A stretch of DNA of 33,676 nt from Nemertoderma westbladi. Its lineage: Eukaryota > Animalia > Xenacoelomorpha. The position numbers and the translations under genes were made by a program. The notes beneath the pieces were generated by a model. It was not told where the DNA came from, made no database searches, and worked only from the letters and a program-made list of their open reading frames with translations. Location of the stretch: NCBI GenBank assembly GCA_032718475.1, contig JAUCBJ010002387.1, positions 1 to 33,676 on the forward strand. Reading direction: 5' to 3'. Every line of letters starts with the position of its first letter. Within the stretch, counting starts at the first letter, position 1. Shown here piece after piece: positions 12,235 to 22,955 of this stretch.

Positions 12235-12590
12235 ATTCAATGTATCCAGAACGATACGATGGCGACGGAGTCTATTACAGTATTAAACACGCAACCAAAG
12301 CGATCAGACGATGGCGAAGTAATCTACAAAACAGAACGACAGGAAGGCGATGGAGTTTATTAAACCCAGTAAGATGGTGCATAGCAAAGCGATCGAGACG
12401 GATGACGGAGTCTATTACAGTATTAAACACGCAACCAAAGCGAAAAGACGATGGCGAAGTAATCTACGACAATAGAACGACAGGAAGGCGATGGAGTTTA
12501 TTAAACCCAGTAAGATGGTGCATAGCGAAGCGATCGAGACAGATAACGGAGTCTATTACAGTATTAAACCTGGAACGAAGATGGTGGCAT
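12235..12590. repeat. ~140-bp tandem repeat (about 2.3 copies) inside the TIR element
   Basis: ACGGAGTCTATTACAGTATTAAAC at 12265, 12405 and 12546. Confidence 0.92.
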
Positions 12591-13249
12591 CTATAGGCCT
12601 AAACCTGGAACAATGCGAACAAGGCTACTGTAAAGTTAGACTAGACTGGTTTGTGAGATTAACTTGCCAATACTAACTCAATACAATTTGCTTTCTTCGA
12701 ATTCCTAATAATATATTTTAATCTTAATAATAATTATTCAACATCAATCATTTAATAAGTCTTGTCAATGTATAAGACTTTCTTCTCCAGGTGAAAATCG
12801 ACGCAAATAACAGCTTGTTTACTACTAAAATATTACATGTTTACCAAGTTTGGTATAGATTGAATGAGTTACGATTTTAAATTATCAGTGGAGGGTAAAG
12901 GCGGTGGGCCAGGATTCAGTTATACTTGAATAAAGAATAGTGATTAAACCAAGGGATACGCGATATATGACACTGCTGTATAAGTTCATTGAATGACTGT
13001 TGATTTCGAAACATTTAATTCAAAACTATATAAATGTTAATATAATGTTGGATTTTTTTTTGTAATAATAATTGACAGATGAATTATATTTCATTAATTT
13101 ATTTTTTTATCTAATCACATTATTAAATAACTAAGAGTATTGAATATCTTCGGCCGTCATCCCGTTGGTGACTCCATTGGCAACCATTTCGACAGTTTCG
13201 ATTGGTTTCGGCTCTTCGGTGCCCGAATAGACCGATGGTCGGCGTGGTT

Positions 13250-13565
13250 GCTGTCCCCATGACTGCTGGACTGAGGCTGCAATACCAACCAAAATTGCCA
13301 TCTCCAGGCGCTGGGCACTGGAGCAGAAACTGGTGTGACCGCGGTTCGTGGGTGGCACTGTGGAGACGAGCCCCGATCTCCCGGAGGAAGGTGGATGTCT
13401 CTGGACCAGGGCGGCCAAAGGCGTCAAAGGCCACGGGGTTAAAGAAATGGCCCGGTCCATTCTGTCCATTAGGTCGCGATACTTAGAGTTTTTAATGCGC
13501 TCCGCCCCCTCAGCTGAGTGCCCCCCAGCAATGACTGTATGATGGTTTGTTGAAGGTGGCTGGGA
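13250..13565 (-). mobile_element. 3' fragment of a CRE-like (RLE-type) non-LTR retrotransposon
   Basis: Across frameshifts it reads AERIKNSKYRDL..FNPVAFDAFGRPGPETSTFLREIGARL..EPRSHQFLLQRLEMAI..GIAASVMGT, the typical CRE C-terminus. Confidence 0.7.
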
Positions 13566-13597
13566 GCCATTGGATATAGTAATAATTAACGCAAAGA

Positions 13598-14095
13598 TAT
13601 GATAATAATAATAATACACTCTTTTATTAATCATTAACATATAAAAATTAATTAAAAGGGAGAACATCACCCAGGTTACAAGGACACTTACGGGCAACAA
13701 TTGCACTTAAAAATATCGTTAAATTAAAAGACTAAAATACGTTTCTTATATATTGTAAAATTTACTAATCCAAAAATCTATCAAAACTACAATAAGGTAA
13801 AAGATCTACTTTTTTTTAACAAGTTCTTAAAAACATTAATATTGACTGCCATAACTACGTCTGACGGTAAATCGTTCCATACACTTACTACACGGTTTGA
13901 ATAGGAATACTTAGTTATCTCTAATCTAGTAAAACGTTTAAAAAGTTTATAAGAATGTCCTCGATTGCACCGCACCGTATTTGCAAAAGTAAAAAAAAAA
14001 TCTTGTGGTAGATCAACAAGTTGATGTATAATGTTGTAAGTCATTGTAAGATCAAAAATATGTCTTCGTACTTCTAAAGGCTGTAGTTCTTATGA
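13598..14095 (-). mobile_element. CR1-like LINE 3' end (5'-truncated)
   Basis: NRGHSYKLFK...YSNRVVSVWNDLPSDVV...FKNLL, then a 3' UTR with AATAAA and a (TAT)n tail at ~13602-13615. Confidence 0.85.
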
Positions 14096-15042
14096 TTAGG
14101 TAGGCCTACGTGATATTAGTTTCTCAAACCAAACCTATCCATCCATTGACATCCAAATATATCCAATTTCTCAATCCATACTAATCAGTATGTAATATTG
14201 TACACTATAATGCAATACCGGTAATGTCAATGCAGCAATGTCCAACCATACAATGCGTTGAGTGTTATCGGATCAGCCGCCAAGAAATGTTAGGTTAACG
14301 GCACCTCGCTCTGTCACATCAGTTTTTGTAGTGGTCTAGTTCCAGGCTACCAAAATCCGTTAGGCCTAGTGCATGATATAGAATCAGCACATCCTGACAT
14401 CTGTGCAACTCCTGAACTCACGCGAGCATTTTACAGATGGATGGTGGTCTAATTTATATGGTCTTGTACTGCGAAACCGTGTATTATTTACAGATGTAGG
14501 CTAAATTTCGGTTATGTACCGTGCACAGTACTGGTGGGCCTACACAGCTACTGCTATTTTGCCTAATACAGGTCCCAGAGGTAAATCCTTACCCCACGGG
14601 CTGTTACCTCTCTGACTGACAGCGCAACAGCCCTCTCTCCCCGGGCCCGGACCAACCAAAGTCTTCAAGCAGATTTGATCCCCCTTTGCGGATTTTGTCC
14701 CACAAATAATTTTATTGTTGTCAGATGGTTTAATTATGGACAGGCAGTTTATTTGGGGTTCAACATGAATCTTAAACGTAGGCCAAAAGATAACTGGCTA
14801 CTACTACTTTATTATGCAGCACTCGATCACTCCAGTGCGCGGGCCAAATACCAGTATAGTGACGTAAATATGACATTACGACACATCTTGCTAACTTTCT
14901 GAACTTCGGATTGGATTCGGACTAGGTTTGGTTCGGCCCGAACTTTGCCTTGCTTCGGTTTGGCATAAAGTGCCTTCTGTTGAACCCAAGTTTGGACTTA
15001 CTCCTGCTTACAGGATTTGCTTGCAATCCATGAAGTTTACTG

Positions 15043-15067
15043 AAGGACTACTGCTTCAGTAGTCCTT
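15043..15067. other. Perfect 11-bp stem hairpin
   Basis: AAGGACTACTG-CTT-CAGTAGTCCTT. Confidence 0.7.
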
Positions 15068-15085
15068 GGCCTAGACCTATTTTAA

Positions 15086-16384
15086 CCCTATTAGGGCCGG
15101 GCGTATTCAGCCCCGTTTTGGTCTATTGTCTTGAAATTTGGTGCATATATACTATGATATGTCCTCTACAAGTTGGTGAAGTGGTAACACCTAGTTACTG
15201 TCGGTTCGTGAGTTCTGGAGGGTTGTCTGTTCATTTGGATGTACATAGAATACATAAATATTTTATCATTTCTTTGTTTCATTCAACAATATACTTACAC
15301 TATGTCGATAATCGATAATGGTTTCTTTACCAACGTATGACGCTCTGGTCTGCCAGTCTTTTGGTCTGTTCAACTTTGTCTGTCTGTCGATAATCGATAA
15401 TGGTTTCTTTACCAACGTATGACGCTCTGGTCTGCCAGTCTTTTGGTCTGTTCAACTTTGTCTGTCTGTTTGTCTGTCAATTAGAATTACAGTATGCTTG
15501 TAAAGTTCAAAATAATTTTGGAAACAAACACAATATAATTTCAATAATTAGATATTATTGATTTACTCATATTAATTTTATGTTTGTTGATGGGTGTAGC
15601 ATTTACCTTATATAATGAACAGACAGACCGACAAACATACAGAGAGACATACTGACAAAGAGACAGACATACAATAAATTACAGACACAACAGACGTCAT
15701 AAAATGTCTGTTTGAAAGAATTGTATGTTCTTATACTGCAATTTAGTAGATAAATGTACTTGACGAAAATGGAGACAGACCGACTCCCCAATAAGTTGAT
15801 CCTGCTGGTGGAAACTGTGCCCAGCAAGCATCAGGCGGCGTCTCTGCAGGGTGATGCTGGGTTTTGGCAATGATATGTTACCATAGTTGTATAACACATC
15901 ATTGCTTATTTGTGCGTCATATGCAACGTTACGCAATTTATCCTTGAATAGTCTTGATTTACTTGTAAGAATTTTATATTTCATTGATAATTGTATCATG
16001 CAATATAAAATGGGCAGAGAAACTGACAGACAGTCAGTCAGTCAGACCGACAGACAGGGTACATTTATCATGATACTGAACTTGGATTGTCTTGCTTTAC
16101 TGATATGAATTCTATATTTCATTGATAATTGTAGCATACCAGAGAAACAGAAAGATGGCGGACAGACGGACATACAGACAGACTGACAGACAGACAAACA
16201 TAAACGTCGTATAAATTTCAGAGACTTCATACATTATAAAATATCCCAAGTAAGTAATTGAGGGTGCTTACACTGGAAAGTAATAGAACAATATACTTAA
16301 GTACCCTATTTATCAAAGGTTGAAAATTGACAGACACATTTGACAGACAGCCAGACAGACATGATCGAACGATCGGTAGAGTAA
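15086..16384. mobile_element. (TGTC)n/(GACA)n-rich non-autonomous element fragment with internal repeats
   Basis: Starts TTAA|CCCTATT. 82-bp tandem duplication at 15304-15468. TGTC tracts at 15340-15480, then GACA tracts at 15620-16360. Core repeat at ~15945-16000 and ~16085-16140. Confidence 0.5.
15783..15915 (-). pseudogene. Short fragment of a second, divergent RTE-family ORF
   Basis: QISNDVLYNYGNISLPKPSITLQRRRLMLAGHSFHQQDQLI aligns with HISNQTLYNIGGVSLVPPSLTLEQNRLRFAGHCFRREDQPV of the RTE in this window. Confidence 0.75.
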
Positions 16385-18691
16385 CTATATGGGGAAATTA
16401 TCACAAAAATTCAGCAGCTCAAGTTGTAAATTAGCAGATGATCCTTGTTTTACACCTATCCTTGTTCGAATTCCATTGGTCAATATCATATCTCCGAACT
16501 TTAGAAACAGTAATCCAACTCTGTAATAATTAATTAGGGTCAAACAGATAAAAGGGCAAATATGCTCCGAGAGGCTTTTAAATAATACACTGTAAGAGAC
16601 ATGATCGAATGCACCTGCTATGTCCAACTGAAATATGTAAAGGGACTGATCTCTCTGACGATGTGACTCAATAATTTCCTGTATCAACGCTACTACAAGA
16701 TCTGATCCAACTCCTTTTTTGTACCCATATTGGCATGAATTTGTAGATATGTATGGAAGAATGAATTGTTTGAGGGTGATAGCTTCGAACAGTTTACCAA
16801 ATACAGATACAGTGGCAATTGGTCGATAGCTGTTTGGTCGTGTAGTTCCACGGTTTCCACTTTTATATATGTATGTTATCAGTGTCCTTCCATAGACTTC
16901 AGGGACTGTCTGCAATCGGATTGAAGATGTTGCATAAGTGTACTGTACAGCAGCATAGTTTTCATCAAGATGAAGAATGTGCTCTGCTGAAAGATTAAAG
17001 AAATCTGGAGATTTGCCCCTAGCTAATGCTAGTATAGCATGTTTAACAGCACCCTCTGATATTGTTGGAGGACTTCTACCTTCTGATAGTAGTTTCAGTT
17101 CGATGACTACTTTGTCTAACTCACTTTCAGCATCAGTTTCAGCTGAGTTCATAACATGTATTAAATTATCTCTCAGTGATTTAGCCATGCTGATGGGAGC
17201 TGTTCCTTCTTTAGTTGAGAAGTGTTTCCAGAACTCATGAGGATTATTCCTGTTATGTACTATGCCGCCAGTTTTGGATCTTACTGATTGTTTCGCAAGC
17301 CAGTTTCTAAGGCGCCTTAGTAATTTCTTTGACTCTTTCAATGCTACGCTAAAAGAGTCACTTTTAATTTTACCATTTTGCTTCCAAATTGTATACAGCT
17401 CCTTAGTAGTATTTGCATGACTAGATATTAATTTGTTCCTTATACGAATATTGGTCGTCTTTTTTCGAAACTTACTGACAGGTATAAAGAGATTGGCTCC
17501 CTCTGTAATAGCTCTCTGCATCTCCTCGGTGTATCTATTCAATTCCTCAGATGTCCAATCGAAAGAGTTCATGCTGCTTGAGTGGAGATTATCCAGCTTA
17601 TTCTCTACATATTCCTTATAACTGTTGAGTTGAGCTGTAGTCGCCTTACTCCAGGCTACTCGTGGTAATCTTTTGGTAAATTCCTGTGTATTCTCCTTGT
17701 TATTTGTATTATGTTCATTTACAATTGCTATCTCAGCTACTACTGGACTGTGATCAGAGAGAGCATGGACATGTGGGTTTATTACCTCACCACTCACTAT
17801 TAGTTGGTCACCAGGGTTGGTTGTGAGTATATGGTCTATATATGAATCGCCCTGAGGCCCCCTGAAAGTAACATATGGTCCTGAAAATTTACCATGTGTA
17901 TCTACTGCCACTAAATTGTTTGCAGCCAAGAACTCCGATAGCAACCTGACATTGCGATTCGGGTGTTTTTTTGTCCAACGTTGACCACATGTGTTCCCAA
18001 GGTCAGCATTTGCATCTAAGAGAATGTAAGGTATAGCTTGATTATTACATTCCAAAATTTGTTTGATTCTGCCAAGAAAGTCATCATACTGCTCCTTTGG
18101 CTTGGATGTATCTGGCGCATATCCAGATAAGAAGATAAATTGCAGGTTAGAGTTATGCATTTCAATCAGAGAACCCACAATGTCATCATTCGAACATTGT
18201 TTAGTTTTTGACTTAATGAGTGATTTCCGTATCATTAAGAGTACTCCTCCAGCCCCACGAACCCTATTTGGGTTGTCCATGAGATTACTGACGAGCGATT
18301 CACAGTGGAAGTCTCCATATCTTGTGAATACTAGGTATTTTAATTCTGCCATGTCCAGCCAGTGTTCTTGGATTGAAATTATGTCCATGTTTGTACATAA
18401 ACAGTCTAAGTAATCGATACTTGAACTCAAGCCTTTACTATTAAATGTACACATGCGCACAAGTGTTTCATTAATGGTATATGAGTTTTTACGAATTGTA
18501 CCATTCGTTTGCGTAGTTCCAGTGATATGTGATGAGACTTTAACCTTAACGTTTATATTTTCCTTATTTTGTTTCAAACCATCACTAATCACAATCCCAG
18601 TCTCTGTGTTGTTTGATCCAATGCTAAAGTCGATACCTGGGTATGGAATAAGGGCGACCACTGTTATGTTGAGGTTTGTTTGGGCCTCCAT
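16385..18691 (-). pseudogene. LINE ORF2: AP endonuclease plus N-terminal part of reverse transcriptase
   Basis: APE motifs FNSKGL, IQEHWL, GGV, DANA, YIDHIL and SDHSPV. RT motifs YRPIA, QYGYKKG, LDIAGAFDHV and GVKQGS. Homology stops before the YADD motif. Confidence 0.92.
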
Positions 18692-19374
18692 TTACAAGAT
18701 ATTTTCTTTGTATCTGTAACCAAGTAACAATAACCAAGTCTTCAGGTTTAATTGTAATTTTCATATTTTTGGTATCATAATGTATTCGTGTGGTTATCCT
18801 ATCAATGTGGACACTTCTTTCTTCTAGATAGTGAACCACGTCCTCCTCACTATGCGAACGATGTACTCCCTTCACATATATGGGCATAAACTTCCCAGAA
18901 CGCGCACATGATAACATTGAGTTCGATGAACGGGGTTGCTCTATGTCTGATTCTTGGTGGAAAACCACCTTTCCATTGGATTTAGATGGTATTGATGTTG
19001 GAACTACTATATTAGTATGTCTCTCAGATTCTGATCCTATAATCGGATTTTGATTATATTTACGTACTATTGACGAGTTCCTCCAATCTGGATCTTGAGG
19101 AACCTCAGTATTAGCAGTTTGTTATTCCTTGGTTTAGCCGCCAAGCATTTCATCTCTGACTCTGATTGATTAAAGGAAGCTGTTGTTTTAACATTGTGAC
19201 TGAGTTTTCCTTCAGAAGCAACTCTGGTACCGGTATATGGTTTCAAACATCCCTTACTTCTCCTACCTTTGGCTTGTACTTGGTAAGGTTCAGGGTTTTG
19301 TATGGATGCATCATTTGATGTGTTTATTAATCTTTTAATTTCATTGGACTTGGTGGGGGTAGGAGTTGGAGTAG
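18624..19374 (-). pseudogene. LINE ORF1 C-terminal part (RRM-like)
   Basis: PIYVKGVHRSHSEEDVVHYLEE...NMKITI lies directly upstream of ORF2. One frameshift near 19120. Confidence 0.6.
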
Positions 19375-20793
19375 TATGAAAACAAATAAGTTGGTGCCTG
19401 TTCCCAAGAAGGGCAACCTAACACTCTATGGTTCTTTTCGGGGAATCTCATTGATCTCGATTGCTGCAAAGCTATACAATAGGATTCTATTAAATCGCAT
19501 CAGGGATCCCATTGAGAGACTGCTCCGTGGAAATCAGAATGGGTTCCGTAAAGGTCGTGGGACCATGGAGCCCATTTTGGCACTTAGAAGGATAATTGAA
19601 GAGTTATCAAAAAAGAAAGACAGGCATCTGGCTGTTATCTTTGTTGACTTCTTCAAGGCCTTTGATTCAGTCTCTCGCTCACGTATGTTCAGCATACTTT
19701 CATTATATGGGATTCCTGATGAAATTATTGCAGCAATCAGATCAGTATACGATGGTTCGACAACATTTGTGTCTACTGTTGATGGTGACACAGAACCATT
19801 TGAAGTGTTATGGGGCGTCCTCCAAGGAGACACACTTGCACCATTCTTGTTCATTATTGTGGTTGACTATGTTCTACGCATGTCCTTAGATCATCATAAT
19901 GATGATGGGGTGATGATAACTCCACCTACTGGCTCCAGAAGTCGAGGAAATCCTACCAAGTACCTAACTGATCTAGACTTTGCTGATGACTTAGGAGTAC
20001 TCTCAGAATCATTAGAGGGAGCCCAACGGCTCCTCAGCACATTAGAACATGCTGCTTCTAGTGTTGGTCTTTTTATTAACTCCAGAAAGACCAAAATTCT
20101 GACAGTTAACTTTGAAAGTCCTCAGCAAGTCGCTGATCGGATGAGCATAAGCTCAAAGGATGGTATGCTTGAGCATGTGGACGACTTCTGTTACCTGGGA
20201 TCATGGATCCGGAAGTCAGGTGAGGACCTTCGAATACGTAAGGGAAAGGCATGGGCAGCCTTGAATAGGCTTTCCAGGATTTGGAAGTCATCGAGAATTA
20301 ATCGGAAACTTAAGGTCCGATTATTTAGAGCAGCAGTAGTTCCAGTACTCCTCTACGGGAGTCCATGCTGGGCTCTAACTGCTGAGGACACCAAATCTCT
20401 GGATGGCACATTCACAAGAATGCTACGCCGGGTTCATTGTGTCAAGTACAATGCACACATCTCCAACCAGACACTATATAACATTGGAGGTGTTTCATTG
20501 GTTCCCCCAAGCTTGACACTAGAACAAAATCGCCTCCGCTTTGCAGGACATTGCTTTCGCCGTGAGGACCAGCCAGTGCACAATCTTGTACTTTGGCAGC
20601 CTCATGGAGTGAATAAGCATGGTGGACAGCCCATGACTTTCTTGAGACGCATCTTAAAGGACACTGGCCTTAAAGATGCGGATGATCTAGCAAATGTCAT
20701 GGGTGATAGGGAGTTGTGGCGGTGCAATTTTGTTGACAAGCCGGCACAGCATTCTTAAAAATGCAGCTGCAATGCAGCATGCCGATCCTAGTA
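19375..20793 (+). mobile_element. RTE-clade LINE, copy 2 (5'-truncated, young)
   Basis: Perfect 16-bp TSD GTAGGAGTTGGAGTAG at 19359-19374 and 20794-20809, a (TAG)n tail and an uninterrupted ORF. Confidence 0.95.
19376..20758 (+). CDS. RTE reverse transcriptase domain, 460 aa, endonuclease missing
   Basis: PVPKKG, FRGISL, QNGFRKGR, FVDFFKAFDSV, GVLQGDTLAPFLF, FADD and YLGS. Confidence 0.92.
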   Translation: MKTNKLVPVPKKGNLTLYGSFRGISLISIAAKLYNRILLNRIRDPIERLLRGNQNGFRKGRGTMEPILALRRIIEELSKKKDRHLAVIFVDFFKAFDSVSRSRMFSILSLYGIPDEIIAAIRSVYDGSTTFVSTVDGDTEPFEVLWGVLQGDTLAPFLFIIVVDYVLRMSLDHHNDDGVMITPPTGSRSRGNPTKYLTDLDFADDLGVLSESLEGAQRLLSTLEHAASSVGLFINSRKTKILTVNFESPQQVADRMSISSKDGMLEHVDDFCYLGSWIRKSGEDLRIRKGKAWAALNRLSRIWKSSRINRKLKVRLFRAAVVPVLLYGSPCWALTAEDTKSLDGTFTRMLRRVHCVKYNAHISNQTLYNIGGVSLVPPSLTLEQNRLRFAGHCFRREDQPVHNLVLWQPHGVNKHGGQPMTFLRRILKDTGLKDADDLANVMGDRELWRCNFVDKPAQHS

Positions 20794-21019
20794 GTAGGAG
20801 TTGGAGTAGAAACTGCTAAATCAACAGTGATATAGCTGCTGTTTCCATCGTCACTAGGTTCCGCAACAGTTCTATAATTGTGTTTGTTTACATTATTTTC
20901 ACATAGTGAGTCTTAATTTTATGAAAGTTATATTAAAGACTTTCATATTTAAATATAAATGTTTTGTATTGTAACTTTTGGCAAATTTAAATAAATTACT
21001 ACTAAAAAACTAGATTTCA

Positions 21020-21119
21020 GCGTTACATAACGATTACAAGGGGGTGGTTGTAACAAAATAGTAACGTTTCAGGCAGACCCCTCCCCCTTCTGAGCGTTAC
21101 GTAATATGTGAGCAGCCCC
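21020..21119. mobile_element. Solo terminus of a PIF/Harbinger-like MITE
   Basis: GCGTTACGTAATATGTGAGCAGCCCC followed by TTA; the reverse complement GGGGCTGCTCACATATTACGTAACGC is a common TIR style. No partner end seen. Confidence 0.45.
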
Positions 21120-21782
21120 TTACTAGGCAAGTTTTTTCCGATTTCATAACTGTGGTTCTAATTCTGTATAAGTCGTCGGCTATGACGTTTAATTAAATAA
21201 GCGTGGGAAGCCTATTTTGACAATCGGCTGTGATTGGATGATACATATATATGATTGCTCTCACTGCAATCTTGTGATCTTGTATTCTATGGATTGTGTT
21301 TTCGATCCATTGAAATACACATTAAATCTCAATCATTTCCCATGTGACTTATATCAATTGGATGTGGAGAGTCTTTGGACACTACAATTAATTAAAATAA
21401 AAAATTAATGATTTAATAGTACAGAGCACTTCACAAGCATGATTACTAAAAGACTGCTTTTGGTTACCATTAAGAAAAAAATAAGTTAGATCATATAACA
21501 ATTAAAATAAAACATTGAAGAGTCTGGTTATAAATAGTAAATGTATTATTATACAGATCCACCTTCAACCAATAAAAGTGACATTTATAATTGCAGAAAG
21601 TGGATCCAATCACTGCAATGATCCTTTTTGTTGAATGAATATAAAAAATATTGCTTTTAAAAACTTTATTGCCATTACAATATATTTATTTTACTTTTAA
21701 TATTGTTCACTCATTATCTTCCATGAATAAATTGTGAATTTGCTCAATTCTTTTCAAGAACACGTTCATACTGCTTGGTTTC

Positions 21783-21968
21783 TGATAAAATATCGCAGTT
21801 TCTCAAATAAATGAAGAATATACTCTGGAGTGTTTTTAACCCTCCAGGAATATTAATTACTTCCATAAATAGACCCATTTGATAAAATATCGCAGTTTCC
21901 CAAATAAAGGAAGAATATACTCTGGCGTGTTTTTAACCTCCCAGGAATAGTTATTTACTTCCATAAAA
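21783..21968. repeat. ~98-bp tandem duplication
   Basis: TGATAAAATATCGCAGTTTC...GAAGAATATACTCTGG...TACTTCCATAAA at 21783 and 21881. Confidence 0.9.
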
Positions 21969-22630
21969 ATAGACATATAATAGATATACAATAGACACAT
22001 CTTTTGGCTTTGAAATGTTACAACCATCCAGAGCATCTTCCAGTCTCCCTGGCCAGAAAATTTTAGATTCATTTGACACGCAAACACCTGATTCACACCC
22101 TGAACCTCCATCTGCACTTCGGGTTCTGCTTCAACATAGTCTTCTGAAGTATCGAACATTAACATTTCAATAATGTATCCTTCATTTGATGATGATGATA
22201 TACTATTTGGCTTCTTTTTCGTTGCACTTGATTACATAGTGGTTGGGTGTTTATCATTTTCCAGCCCATTTGCACTGCAGCAGCATTTTCTAGCAATGAT
22301 ATATTTTCAGGGACATTAACATCCATTGAGCATTCAACATCAGCAGCTTCTGTTCAGCAGCTTTAGTAACCCCATAGTAGATAATGTCTGCAGTTTAACG
22401 ACCCACCCCCCCCCCCAAAAAAAAAAAACATTTATAAAGTAAAACAATATCAAATAACATTGTTATTGTGACAGCACATTTGCTCCTGCAATATAAATTA
22501 ATACATGAAAAGTAAACAAGACAGTTATTGCTTAACTAACAATGAACTAAATCAAATAAGGCCTAATTAGATAATGCTACAGTAGAGCATTTTAAAAACC
22601 CCGCCATATAAATTTGTATAAGTGGAAATA

Positions 22631-22955
22631 TTGAGCACCGGCACTCAATCCGCACTGGCACTTGTGTAGTGCGGATTGTGCACTGGTGCACAAACCCCAA
22701 AAAAATATATATATATGAGTCATACAAAGGTCACAGATACTGAATATGACAACAGCTGATGTATTTCAGCACCCGGTGCTCAACTTATAGCCTCCACACT
22801 AAGGGGTAACCAAGCCAAAATAGCTCCGCACTACAGGGATGATTTACCGGTCATGTTCACCGGTGCTCAATCCGCAGTAAGAAGTTGACAGGGAGTAAAA
22901 CCTACCACAGTAAAGTTAAAACACGAATTGTGCACCGGGGGTGCTCAATCCGCTG
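22631..22955. repeat. Cluster of palindromic TTGAGCACCGGTGCTCAA(TCCGC)-type motifs
   Basis: Variants at ~22631, 22668, 22768, 22858 and 22928, in both orientations. Confidence 0.7.

Larger units (their letters stand above)
11863..14638. mobile_element. Non-autonomous TIR element (MULE-like) with ~55-60-bp TIRs and 9-10-bp TSD
   Basis: GGGCTGTTGCGCTGTCAGTCAGAGAGGTAACAGCCC(A/G)TGGGGTAAGGATTTACC at ~11868-11921, inverted at ~14579-14633. CCCCGGGCCC flanks both sides (11853-11862 and 14639-14648). Confidence 0.8.
16385..20912 (-). mobile_element. APE-type LINE with ORF1+ORF2, truncated at both ends and interrupted by RTE copy 2 (CR1/L2 or Proto2/RTEX group)
   Basis: ORF2 at 16385-18691. ORF1 pieces at 18624-19374 and 20810-20912 read through in frame once the RTE and one TSD copy are removed. 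Confidence 0.85.

Noticed and set aside
12219-12676. Repetitive ORFs of 125 and 61 aa
   Set aside because: They are by-products of the 140-bp tandem array; the unit length is not a consistent multiple of 3.
16977-18719. Plus-strand ORFs of 62-116 aa
   Set aside because: They are antisense shadows of LINE ORF2.
21857-22165. Possible Ulp1-like protease remnant
   Set aside because: Catalytic motifs are not convincingly recognisable.
22631-22955. CRISPR-like repeat/spacer appearance
   Set aside because: The repeats are degenerate, in mixed orientation and irregularly spaced, in a eukaryotic context with no cas genes.
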